64,000 nt of DNA. It comes from Gammaproteobacteria bacterium (GTDB lineage Bacteria; Pseudomonadota; Gammaproteobacteria; CAJXQU01). Position 1 is the stretch's first letter; each line of letters opens with the position of its first letter. Shown here one piece after another: positions 9,823 through 19,123 of the stretch. A program made the position numbers and the translations under genes. The DNA lies in contig CBDEGZ010000003.1 of NCBI GenBank assembly GCA_965238175.1, positions 2,592,001-2,656,000 on the forward strand, read 5' to 3'. The notes beneath the pieces are model-generated. The model made no database searches. It saw only the letters and a program-made list of their open reading frames with translations, and had not been told where the DNA came from.

Positions 9823-9878
9823 TCTTCCTCACAATCGAGTCAAGTTTCACAAGTTTACCTTTGAACCATTGATATACT
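9815..9878 (+). promoter_or_regulatory. CRP/Vfr-like site plus extended -10 promoter for the 9962 operon
   Basis: CGTGA-TCTTCC-TCACA at 9818-9833 (9/10 match to TGTGA-N6-TCACA). TG-A-TATACT at 9870-9878. Spacing is close to class I activation. Confidence 0.55.
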
Positions 9879-9961
9879 CCCATCTAACATGATATATATG
9901 CGCTTGGAGTTAATATTTTACTCTATATTTTTCAAGGGATTATAAGGAAGAATTAAAGTTT

Positions 9962-11323
9962 ATGGCGAAATGTAAAATTGCCCTGATTGGAATAGAAAAT
10001 CGCGACCGTGCTCTATTAGAAACATCTATAGATTTAGCATCGGGTTTGGCGTCTGGACGATGGCAACTCGTCGATACTCCAGAATCAGCTCAAATTGTTT
10101 TAGTGAATATAGATACCTCTGAAGGCAACAGCTACTCCGTACCTGTCGATCAAATTTCACAAGTCGTTATATGTTCATCAACTACTAAGGAATTAGATAG
10201 TAGATCTGGGATAACAGCCTCACTACCTCTCTCTTACAAAGACGCGACAGTTTTATTAAGAAAACTCGAAACGGCCCTTGTCGTCCCCGGTAAAAATGCG
10301 ACAACTAAAAGAAATATCATACCTGCTACTGCTCTAGCAGCAGAACAAGCAGAACAAGCAGAACAAGCAGAACAAGCAGAACAAGCAGAACAAAATTTTG
10401 AATCATCGACTGATTCGGAAGTACAAGTTAATTTGATCAATTCTATCGATATTGCTAAACATAAAATTGACTGGTTGTCTGATGACGATCCCATTGCTGA
10501 CAATTCGGAATTTGATCCTGCCGCTCTGATAGAAACAGTACCTGCGTTTTCAGAAGCTCAGAACGCGCTAGATGAACTTGATGGTACAAATTCTGCTGAA
10601 ACACCTGCTACATTTAATTCAAAAATAGAATCGTTCGATGCTGACAGCAAAATACTAGGCCTTATCTTAAAAATGATTGAGAATGGTAAAACAACCTTAG
10701 TTACTCACCCATCATTTCCAGTATTAAGAATATTCCCCGACAATGGCTGGTTTGTTTTTTCCGAAGAACTCGACAGTTATCCTGAAATGTTTCGAGAACC
10801 TGCTGAAGCTTTCTCATTTGAAGTAGTCGAAGAAGAAATCAAGAACGAATTAGTCAATGGTCGACTGCCACAGTCGCTATGGAAATTGTTATTCACCGCA
10901 GCACTGTTTGGTTCAAAAGGCAGGTTATTAAGCAACTTGAGTCATCGAAACCCTTTCCATCTGGTTCACACACCCTACTTTGGGATGATCCCTCATACGA
11001 AAGATCATATTAAAGTTGCTGACTTTATGATTAATAATAATGAAAAATTAGAAACGATTGCTACCGAAACTGAAGTCGATATAGAAACAGTTATCGACTT
11101 TTGTAATGCTTGCGATGCTATCCAACTTTTACAGAATGGTGGCGATAACATTCTCGCTACGGATCAAATTAATTCCGATATTTCTGATGCGACAAATATT
11201 GAAAATGATACAACGCTCGAATCAGAAATAGTTCGTGAGCCAGAATCTGATGTCGAAAATTCAATTGACAAAAAACCTGGTTTGATTAATTCCGTTTGGT
11301 CAAATTTAACCAAAACATTCTGA
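9962..11323 (+). CDS. Hypothetical protein: receiver-like N-terminus, acidic linker and globular C-terminal domain
   Basis: 453-aa ORF with AGGAAG RBS; KIALIG...IVLVNID resembles a degenerate REC fold; lies upstream of a roadblock gene. Confidence 0.65.
   Translation: MAKCKIALIGIENRDRALLETSIDLASGLASGRWQLVDTPESAQIVLVNIDTSEGNSYSVPVDQISQVVICSSTTKELDSRSGITASLPLSYKDATVLLRKLETALVVPGKNATTKRNIIPATALAAEQAEQAEQAEQAEQAEQNFESSTDSEVQVNLINSIDIAKHKIDWLSDDDPIADNSEFDPAALIETVPAFSEAQNALDELDGTNSAETPATFNSKIESFDADSKILGLILKMIENGKTTLVTHPSFPVLRIFPDNGWFVFSEELDSYPEMFREPAEAFSFEVVEEEIKNELVNGRLPQSLWKLLFTAALFGSKGRLLSNLSHRNPFHLVHTPYFGMIPHTKDHIKVADFMINNNEKLETIATETEVDIETVIDFCNACDAIQLLQNGGDNILATDQINSDISDATNIENDTTLESEIVREPESDVENSIDKKPGLINSVWSNLTKTF
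10340..10393 (+). repeat. In-frame tandem repeat (GCAGAACAA)x6 encoding (AEQ)6
   Basis: Six perfect 9-bp units read directly from the sequence. Confidence 0.95.
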
Positions 11324-11358
11324 ACATTCCACACATATAAATCTAGAAGGAAAATACT

Positions 11359-11763
11359 ATGACTAAACAAGAACAACTTGAACAACTTATAGAAGAACTA
11401 CGAAATAACGTTCCTGACATTACCGGCGTAATGGTTGCGAGTAGTGATGGGCTATCGATCGCATCAGATTTTGCTGAAGAAGAAGGTGCACGTATTGCCG
11501 CTGTTGGCGCCGCTGCGGCTGGCCTTGGAGATCGAATTGCACAAAATGCCTCACTCGGTGATGTAAATGAAACCATGATCAAAGGCAGTGAAAGTTTACT
11601 TTTAATTTATCCTGCTGGAGATGGAGTTCTTGCCATTCGAGCACCTGCACTAGGCAACTTAGGTCTGGTTCGATTAGAAGCCAGTGACACCTGTCAGCAG
11701 GTAAAAAATATTCTTAGATCTAATATTTCTGATCAAACGCAAAGCAATAACTTATACGAATAG
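11359..11763 (+). CDS. Roadblock/LC7 (MglB-like) domain protein
   Basis: VMVASSDGLSIAS...RIAA...NLGLVRLE pattern; 134 aa. Confidence 0.85.
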   Translation: MTKQEQLEQLIEELRNNVPDITGVMVASSDGLSIASDFAEEEGARIAAVGAAAAGLGDRIAQNASLGDVNETMIKGSESLLLIYPAGDGVLAIRAPALGNLGLVRLEASDTCQQVKNILRSNISDQTQSNNLYE

Positions 11764-11781
11764 TTAAATTCTTTTTCCTAC

Positions 11782-11815
11782 CCCCCCAACACAACTCAAT
11801 AAAAACGTTGGGGGG
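11782..11815 (+). terminator. GC-rich hairpin downstream of the roadblock gene (possible terminator)
   Basis: CCCCCCAAC-N16-GTTGGGGGG; poor U-tail on the + strand. Confidence 0.4.
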
Positions 11816-11836
11816 AATAACATCTTTAAAAAATTC

Positions 11837-11868
11837 TTAGTAACATTTTAGTAACATCAGGGTATACT
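11837..11868 (+). promoter_or_regulatory. Direct repeat with 11-bp period (OmpR/PhoB/ArcA-family-like box) plus -10 element
   Basis: TTAGTAACAT at 11837 and 11848; TATACT at 11863-11868. Confidence 0.4.
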
Positions 11869-11890
11869 TTATAAAAAAGAATCATTCTCG

Positions 11891-12586
11891 ATGTTTCCTC
11901 TGCACGACGACAACCCTACAAATATTAATCCGGTAATCACGATTGGATTTATGGTTATTTGTACACTGACCTACCTTTGGCAAGTAAACCTAGACGATCA
12001 AATTGGACAAGCCGTCATCTATTCGTTTGGTGTAACCCCAACTGTTTTACTAAATTACACACAGTTGTCTCCCGAGTTATACGTCGTACCAGCAGAAGTT
12101 ACCATTATCACTTCTATGTTTATACATGGCGGTTTACTGCATTTAGCCGGAAACATGCTCTATTTGTGGATATTTGGAAATAATGTAGAAGACAGCATGG
12201 GATACGGTAAATTTTTTATTTTCTATCTACTCTGTGGGATCGCCGCTGCGTTAACGCAGGCTTTGGTTTCACCACAATCTAATATTCCTATGATTGGTGC
12301 CAGTGGTGCGGTTTCTGGTGTTCTGGGCGCATACTTATTGTTATATCCTCACGCAAAAGTACTTATCGTTGTTCCCATCATAATCATACTAAAAACATTC
12401 CGGGTACCTGCTATGTTCGTTCTTGGTTTATGGTTTGTGCTGCAATTGGTCAATAGTGCTAATGCGACTCCAGATGAGGGTGGAACAGCTTGGTGGGCAC
12501 ATATCGGCGGATTTATTACTGGTATGGTCCTTATCCCTTTTTTCAAAGATGATAACGTGCCTCTATTTGCTCCAGCACATAAATAA
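11891..12586 (+). CDS. Rhomboid family intramembrane serine protease
   Basis: SMFIHGGLLHLAGNM, GASG and WWAHIGG motifs. Confidence 0.93.
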   Translation: MFPLHDDNPTNINPVITIGFMVICTLTYLWQVNLDDQIGQAVIYSFGVTPTVLLNYTQLSPELYVVPAEVTIITSMFIHGGLLHLAGNMLYLWIFGNNVEDSMGYGKFFIFYLLCGIAAALTQALVSPQSNIPMIGASGAVSGVLGAYLLLYPHAKVLIVVPIIIILKTFRVPAMFVLGLWFVLQLVNSANATPDEGGTAWWAHIGGFITGMVLIPFFKDDNVPLFAPAHK

Positions 12587-12681
12587 TTTTTTTCATGGTT
12601 ATTCTATTTTACAAATTTTGTTTTGCAGTTATTTACTAAATGTAAGCTTAGGCATAAATTAATAACAAAAAGGAGATTAAA

Positions 12682-13131
12682 ATGATCACTTTCAAACTTA
12701 TACTCTGTCCGATTGATTTTTCCACCACGTCTTATCATGCACTTGATACCGCAATAGAACTTGCAACAAAACTGGAGGCAAAAATTAAACTTGTACATAT
12801 CTATCAATATCCTGTTTTCAGCATGCCAGAGGCGGATCTTGTTTCGCCAGTAAATTTAACGCTACAAGATGGCTATGAAGAACATATGCAGAAACAACTG
12901 GAAGATGTATGCGACAAATATTCTAATGATCATATTTCTATTGAATCAGAAATAGTCGAAGGCGTTCCATATATAGAAATAGTACAAACTGCAAAAAAAA
13001 TAAATGCAGATTTAATCATCATGGGCACACATGGAAGAACTGGGCTTTCGCACATGCTAATGGGTAGCGTCGCCGAGCGTGTTGTAAGAAGCTCAACAAT
13101 ACCGGTAATGTCAGTTCCAGACAAAGCTTAA
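12682..13131 (+). CDS. Universal stress protein (UspA family)
   Basis: ILCPIDFS and DLIIMGTHGRTG...GSVAERVVR motifs. Confidence 0.93.
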   Translation: MITFKLILCPIDFSTTSYHALDTAIELATKLEAKIKLVHIYQYPVFSMPEADLVSPVNLTLQDGYEEHMQKQLEDVCDKYSNDHISIESEIVEGVPYIEIVQTAKKINADLIIMGTHGRTGLSHMLMGSVAERVVRSSTIPVMSVPDKA

Positions 13132-13191
13132 AGACATATTGAGTGATCAGAACACATTGTTCTATCTAATAAAAGAGGATCCTTTGAAGAT

Positions 13192-14007
13192 ATGTTGAAC
13201 ATCGTCACAGCACTACTCTGTGAAACTCGGCCAATTATTTCAAAATTAAAACTGAAATTAAGCTCACATAAATCGCCTTTCAAAATTTATCAAAATGATC
13301 AAATAAACCTGATCATTTCGGGTGTCGGAAAAGTATCTTCCGCAAATGCTATCGGTTATTTATATGCCAATAATAATTCTGTAGAACAGACTAGTGCATG
13401 GTTGAATATTGGTATAGCCGGCCATTCTAGCTTTGAGATAAATACTGGATTTCTGGCCAATAAAATTATTGATAAAACCACTGAACAAACCTGGTATCCA
13501 CCAATTATTTTTGATCAACCTTGTTGTACAGATAAATTAATGACTGTTGATAAACCCGGCAGCGAATATACGTTTAATGGTGGTGTCGATATGGAAGCAT
13601 CAGCTTTTTATGCCAGCGCCTCACGCTATACAACAAATGAGTTGATTCATTCATACAAAGTTGTATCCGACAATCCAAACTCACCACTACACAAGATAAC
13701 ACCTGCTCAAGCTTCTGAATTAATTTCATCGAATATAGAAGATATTCAATTTCTAATCGATCAGTTATTGATCATAAATAATGAATTATCTTCTACCACT
13801 TCGATTCCGATTGACTTTAAAACACTAAAAAAACAAATAAGAATGACGCATTCAGAACAATTAAAAATAAAAAACCTTCTATCGAAATTAAATATTATCA
13901 ATTCTAATTTGACATTGGATTTTGATCAGTTCATAGAAATAGCTTCAAGTGAAAACCTCATTTCTTATCTTGATAATTTGCTAAAAAAACAGGAAATATA
14001 CTTTTAA
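13192..14007 (+). CDS. Nucleoside phosphorylase/MTA-SAH nucleosidase-fold protein
   Basis: SGVGK, LNIGIAG, VDMEAS and KVVSD motifs. Confidence 0.75.
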   Translation: MLNIVTALLCETRPIISKLKLKLSSHKSPFKIYQNDQINLIISGVGKVSSANAIGYLYANNNSVEQTSAWLNIGIAGHSSFEINTGFLANKIIDKTTEQTWYPPIIFDQPCCTDKLMTVDKPGSEYTFNGGVDMEASAFYASASRYTTNELIHSYKVVSDNPNSPLHKITPAQASELISSNIEDIQFLIDQLLIINNELSSTTSIPIDFKTLKKQIRMTHSEQLKIKNLLSKLNIINSNLTLDFDQFIEIASSENLISYLDNLLKKQEIYF

Positions 14008-14009
14008 AA

Positions 14010-15005
14010 ATGATATCGACTATTTATATCGAAGATGAGATCCGTGATCATCCTGTTACACAGAAAATTCTCTCTCGTTTCAAAGGTGCAGTTCTAATTG
14101 AGTGTGACCGATACACTGAAGTGTTTAATCGTAATTCACAAAATTTCCGCCTACAGAAGAAAAAACCAGCTTTAATTCTTGCAAAAAAACACAGTGGTTT
14201 CGTTTTAAAAGCACCTGACGATTACGGTATCGATGGTCACGATAGTGATAATTATTATTTTTCACACATGTTGAATTGTATTTATGACTGCCGGTATTGC
14301 TTTCTTCGAGGTATGTATCGTTCGGCTCATTATGTACTTTTTGTTAATTACGACAGTTTCACAGATGCAATTGATCAAACTCTAGAAAATCATCCAGGTC
14401 GAAAAATTTGGTTTTATTCTGGTTATGATTGCGATAGTCTTGCGCTAGATCCTGTTACCGAGTTTGCAGACTTTATACTGCCATTCTTCAAATCTCGTCC
14501 AAATGCTTATTTAGAGTTCCGTACAAAAAGCACACAAGTGCGCTCTCTATTACGTTCTGATCCAATCCTCAATTGCGTCGTAGCATTTAGTTTATCACCG
14601 AGAAATATTACTGAATCTCTTGAAGATAAAACACCTTCATTGCAAAGTCGTCTGGATGCAATGAAGAAGTTACAACAAACTGGTTGGAGTATTGGAATAC
14701 GTTTTGAACCTTTGATCTACACAACGGATTTTAAAGAAAATTATAAACAACTATTCTTACACGTTTTCAAACAACTTGATGCCGATAAAATACACTCCAT
14801 CAGCATAGGTGCTTTTCGAGTTCCAAAAAGCTATTACAAAAATATGTCTAAGCTTTATCCTGATGAAAAATTATTTGCTGGGCCATTAGAAGAAAATAAC
14901 GGCGTCATCGCCTATAAAAGTGAGCTACAAAAGGAAATGCTTGATTGGTGCTATAAAAAAATCTCAGATCAAATTCCTGAGAGTAATCTTTATCAGTGTG
15001 GTTAA
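14010..15005 (+). CDS. Spore photoproduct lyase-like radical SAM protein
   Basis: CIYDCRYC (CxxxCxxC), DSLALD, EFRTKS and FSLSP...RL motifs typical of the SplB family. Confidence 0.82.
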   Translation: MISTIYIEDEIRDHPVTQKILSRFKGAVLIECDRYTEVFNRNSQNFRLQKKKPALILAKKHSGFVLKAPDDYGIDGHDSDNYYFSHMLNCIYDCRYCFLRGMYRSAHYVLFVNYDSFTDAIDQTLENHPGRKIWFYSGYDCDSLALDPVTEFADFILPFFKSRPNAYLEFRTKSTQVRSLLRSDPILNCVVAFSLSPRNITESLEDKTPSLQSRLDAMKKLQQTGWSIGIRFEPLIYTTDFKENYKQLFLHVFKQLDADKIHSISIGAFRVPKSYYKNMSKLYPDEKLFAGPLEENNGVIAYKSELQKEMLDWCYKKISDQIPESNLYQCG

Positions 15006-15020
15006 CTTTTTAAAGTTAAT

Positions 15021-16298
15021 TCAGTCTTTTTTTACATGTCTTTTTTCGAGCAGTCGATGTATGCGCATAGCCAGGGTTTGATGTGCAACCGCGGAGTTTT
15101 CTTTTAATATATTAGAAGTTAAGGTCACAATGTAATGAAGATCATTTTTCTCATTTGATGTTTCTATAATAGCGACAGAGTTCATTAAATTCATAACATT
15201 GCCGTGATACTTTTTGCATACGAATTCCGGATCAGGATCATCTTCGCATTTGTATAAAGATCCAGATTTAAAATAAACGGCAGAGTCTTTCAGGGCTGGA
15301 TGAGAGGCATAACGTATCCGCCGCTCGGTCATGTATAGCAATCGTTTAATCTCACGACTAGAAAATTCATCTACCAGATCACCCTGCTCTATCTTCAGCA
15401 TAAGCCTCATTAATTCGCGAGTGGTTCCGTAGCTATTCGTCCCTTGAACTAGACGCTTTCCTTTATAGGTGAAAAAACTTCCTTGCCTTAGCTTTTTTAT
15501 ATTGATCCCATTACGTATCAGAGGTGCTTGAATTGTTTCAGCTAATAATTCAGTAAGTTCTTTTCTTGGCATTTCTGCGAATAACTGATCAGACTTAAAA
15601 TCCGAAACTGGATATTCTTTACCAAAATGTCTGATCAACATAGCTTGTTTTAGCACCATGCTTGCAGCTGCGTTTGAACTCGCTGATAGCATCCAATCAA
15701 GATATTCCCAAAGACTGCCCTGGTCACCAACTCGAAGAGGCCGCTGTTTAACTCGATTTTTTTCAGCTTGCCAGAACTTCACCACATGATGATCACTGAT
15801 AATAAATTTATCTGCAGTAATAATCGTATCCCGCAGTACTTGCTTTCGCTTTTCTATATCATTTGGATAAGCGTAAGCTAACGCTTGAAAAACTGCTGTT
15901 GCGACTATTATTTTGCCGACACTTCCTGGGTTACGTGCAAGATCACCATTATGTTCAGCATAAACAGGCTGCTCAGGATCAGATAGATCCAGCACTGAAA
16001 TTGAATACTTACCAAGGTTCTCGTATAAGAAACGCCGTACTTGTTTCGTTAATACAGTGTCTACTTTAGGCAACTCAACCTCTTCATGATGATGCAACCT
16101 AATATCAATGGCATCAATAGATTGCAAAGCACCTGCAGGTTGCTTGCTTCCGCGTAATTCCCCTTGTTCGATTAAACGTGCAGCTTCAAGTCGACGAATT
16201 TGCGTATCTTCGCTGCCAAATAATGGATAGCCAGAAAGGCCAAAAGGAATAAAACAGCCAGCTAAAATCATTATCTTTCGAAACATGGATTTACTCAT
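15021..16298 (-). CDS. Exported serine hydrolase, class A beta-lactamase/PBP fold
   Basis: SxxK (SVGK), SSN and KSG motifs; N-terminal signal-like segment. Confidence 0.75.
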   Translation of the reverse strand: MSKSMFRKIMILAGCFIPFGLSGYPLFGSEDTQIRRLEAARLIEQGELRGSKQPAGALQSIDAIDIRLHHHEEVELPKVDTVLTKQVRRFLYENLGKYSISVLDLSDPEQPVYAEHNGDLARNPGSVGKIIVATAVFQALAYAYPNDIEKRKQVLRDTIITADKFIISDHHVVKFWQAEKNRVKQRPLRVGDQGSLWEYLDWMLSASSNAAASMVLKQAMLIRHFGKEYPVSDFKSDQLFAEMPRKELTELLAETIQAPLIRNGINIKKLRQGSFFTYKGKRLVQGTNSYGTTRELMRLMLKIEQGDLVDEFSSREIKRLLYMTERRIRYASHPALKDSAVYFKSGSLYKCEDDPDPEFVCKKYHGNVMNLMNSVAIIETSNEKNDLHYIVTLTSNILKENSAVAHQTLAMRIHRLLEKRHVKKD

Positions 16299-16408
16299 AA
16301 TTATCTTATTTTATTTCAGTGTTATTTCTTCCGGGTCATTTCTTAAAGAATTATACCGATCAGTCGATAATAAGTGATGTTATAGATTACAAGACTAATA
16401 CGCGATAG

Positions 16409-19105
16409 ATGAAAGTAAAAAAAATCATTCTTTTACCATTTCTGACAATAACTTTGTCGCTTTCAGCTTGTCTGTTTAAATCCGATTCTGTCGAAAAACA
16501 TTTTGAAAATGCTAAGGCATATGCTGCTGGTGAATATAATGCTGCGGCAATTGTGGAATTGAAAAATATTTTAAATAACCTTCCTGGGCATACTCCATCG
16601 CTTTTGCTGTTAGATAAAGTAACAAAAGGTCCAAACAAAAGTAAAGAAATACTACCTTATCTCTATCGTGCACAACAAGCAGGAGTAGAAGATACAAGGA
16701 TAATTTATCGACTAGCTAAGGCCTATCTCGCACTCAAGCAGTTTAAGGCTGCACAAAAAGAGCTTGATTCACTTACCTCAAATATTTCAAATCCAGAAAA
16801 ATTAGTAACATTAGAAATTTTACGCGCTGAAACTCTAATAGGGCAGCGCAAATATAAAAAAGCTCAGAAAACATACAACAATCTTCTAAAAGATAGAAAC
16901 AATGAAATTATAGCTAAAATAGGTTTAGCAACCATTTCAATACAAAAAGTAGCCGACCAATTACCACATCATCCATCATACTCAAATATTAAGCTACCAG
17001 GTGATCAATTTTTATTTGACTCATCTCAACAGTCAAGCACGGCAACATTATCAAAAAGCATGAAAAAACATCTGCTGATAGGTAAGAAATACATAGAGCA
17101 AGTACTTGATGTAGATACAGATAATCTTACAGCAATCTTAGCACTTGCAGAAATTTACTATTTAGAAGGTAATTATTCAAAAGCAATTGATTATGCAAAT
17201 CATAGTTTAACGATTGATAAACAAAATATTAAAGGATTACTTATATTTTCACGATCAAATATATTACTTGGTTATGTTCGGTCAGCTAAATATAGTCTGC
17301 TCCAATTATTAGCAATTGACAAATCAAATCTGCAAGCAAAAAATACACTCGCCGCAATCCATCTTAGTCAAGGTCGTATAAAAGAAAGTACAGATCTTTT
17401 AATACCTTATCTGAAAAAAGGTGTTAAAAATGAAGATCTCTTTATAAATCTCGGGATTGCTGAGCTAATCAAAAATAATGTCAAAGAAGCGCTAAACTAT
17501 TTCAAGAAAGCGGTTATACACTTTCCAAAATCTTCCTATGCTTATGCTCAACTAGGAACCGCATACCTTCAAAATGAACAACCCAGACTTGCTTTGGATG
17601 CATTTAAAAAAGCACATTTAAATGAAAAAAATAATTTTAAAATAAGTCTAGGTCTAATTCAGGTCATTTTATCTAATGGTAACATTAGCACAGGATTGCG
17701 TGTTGCTAAAGTTTTGGAGATTGAACATCCAAGATCACCTATCCCATTTCATATACAAGGCAAAGTTTATGAGTTCCAGAAGAGGCAAGCTCGTTCAAAA
17801 GAAATGTATCAAAGAGCACTTAAAGTAGAACCAAAATTTTATCCGTCAAGAGTACAATTAGCACAGTTATTCTTAAAAGAAAATAACATAATAGCTGCAG
17901 AAAAATTATTAGAAGAAGGTTTAAAGCTCTCACATGCACAATTAGAACTCTCCATTGAATTAGCCTCTTTGCAAGACAGCAAAGGGCAACATCAAGAAGC
18001 AATTAATCGATTAGAAACGATCGTTTCAAACTATCCTAGCCATATAGAACCCTTGCTTTCTCTTGGTAAAATCTATTTACAACAAGGTAATCTTAAAGAA
18101 GTTTTAAATATAAAGAAAAAATTATCTAGTATTCATTCATTGCCAGAAAATGTAATATTATTTTTTGCAGATTATTATCGAAAGCTTGGTAATACAACTG
18201 AATTAACAAAGATGTATGCATTGTTAGAAGATCTATTCCCCGCTCACCCCTATTACCAACTACTATCAGCGCAGGCCAACACAATGATGGGGCGATATAA
18301 AAAAGCTAAAGAAAAATACCAGAAAGTTTTATCTGTAATGGGTGAAGATTTTATCCCAGTTTTAACTGGAATAGCAGATCTTGAATTACAACAAAATAAT
18401 ATAGAGATAGCTGAAAATTTAATCGAGATTATCTCCAATAAATCTCCATATATTGTAGAAAATTATCTGCTTAGTGGTAATTTATCTATGCTTAAAAAAA
18501 GCTATCATGATGCTATTAAAAATTTCGCCACTGCCTTCCGAGACACAAATGATCCTCTAATACTCAAAGAAATAACTTCAGCCTACTTAAAAATAAATCA
18601 GCGAAAAAAGGCAGATAAACTTTTAACCAAGTTACAAAAACATTTCCCTGAAAATTCGGATTTCAGCTTGATTTATATAGATCATTATCAGCAAATAAGT
18701 AACTATAAAAAAGCATTTGCAGAAGCTAATCGTTTTCTGGAAATACAACCAAATAATGCACTGATTCTAGATAAGCTAGCCCAATTATATTTAGTTAATG
18801 ATTCTGACGAAGCCTGGTTTATTAGTAAAAAAGCCTATCAAATGTCACCGGAGGCACCAGCTATACTTAATACTTACGGTCAATTATGCCTTAAAAGAAA
18901 ACAATTTGGTGAAAGTCTTGACGTACTACAAAAAGCCGTTATAGCATCACCTTCAACACCTTCATACCAATATCACTTTGCCAAGGCACTCATTAAATCA
19001 GGACAATCAAATCCTGCAAAAAGATTACTAAAATCAGCATTAGCAAAAAATGATTCATTTCCAGAAAGTAAGCAGGCTGAAGCGCTACTATCCGATATAA
19101 ATTGA
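16409..19105 (+). CDS. TPR-repeat lipoprotein, PrsT-like paralog
   Basis: Lipobox LSAC, AAIVELKNIL, many TPRs, ILNTYG...YHFAKAL...FPE C-terminus. Confidence 0.8.
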   Translation: MKVKKIILLPFLTITLSLSACLFKSDSVEKHFENAKAYAAGEYNAAAIVELKNILNNLPGHTPSLLLLDKVTKGPNKSKEILPYLYRAQQAGVEDTRIIYRLAKAYLALKQFKAAQKELDSLTSNISNPEKLVTLEILRAETLIGQRKYKKAQKTYNNLLKDRNNEIIAKIGLATISIQKVADQLPHHPSYSNIKLPGDQFLFDSSQQSSTATLSKSMKKHLLIGKKYIEQVLDVDTDNLTAILALAEIYYLEGNYSKAIDYANHSLTIDKQNIKGLLIFSRSNILLGYVRSAKYSLLQLLAIDKSNLQAKNTLAAIHLSQGRIKESTDLLIPYLKKGVKNEDLFINLGIAELIKNNVKEALNYFKKAVIHFPKSSYAYAQLGTAYLQNEQPRLALDAFKKAHLNEKNNFKISLGLIQVILSNGNISTGLRVAKVLEIEHPRSPIPFHIQGKVYEFQKRQARSKEMYQRALKVEPKFYPSRVQLAQLFLKENNIIAAEKLLEEGLKLSHAQLELSIELASLQDSKGQHQEAINRLETIVSNYPSHIEPLLSLGKIYLQQGNLKEVLNIKKKLSSIHSLPENVILFFADYYRKLGNTTELTKMYALLEDLFPAHPYYQLLSAQANTMMGRYKKAKEKYQKVLSVMGEDFIPVLTGIADLELQQNNIEIAENLIEIISNKSPYIVENYLLSGNLSMLKKSYHDAIKNFATAFRDTNDPLILKEITSAYLKINQRKKADKLLTKLQKHFPENSDFSLIYIDHYQQISNYKKAFAEANRFLEIQPNNALILDKLAQLYLVNDSDEAWFISKKAYQMSPEAPAILNTYGQLCLKRKQFGESLDVLQKAVIASPSTPSYQYHFAKALIKSGQSNPAKRLLKSALAKNDSFPESKQAEALLSDIN

Positions 19106-19123
19106 CTTTGAAGTATTATTTAA

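Noticed and set aside
10340-10393. Short repeat array as a possible CRISPR
   Set aside because: Contiguous 9-bp units with no spacers, in frame within a CDS, and no cas genes.
13149-13163. AGAACA-N3-TGTTCT as an SOS box upstream of the SPL-like operon
   Set aside because: It does not match gammaproteobacterial CTGT-N8-ACAG, and the spacing differs from Gram-positive GAAC-N4-GTTC; kept only as an unassigned palindrome.
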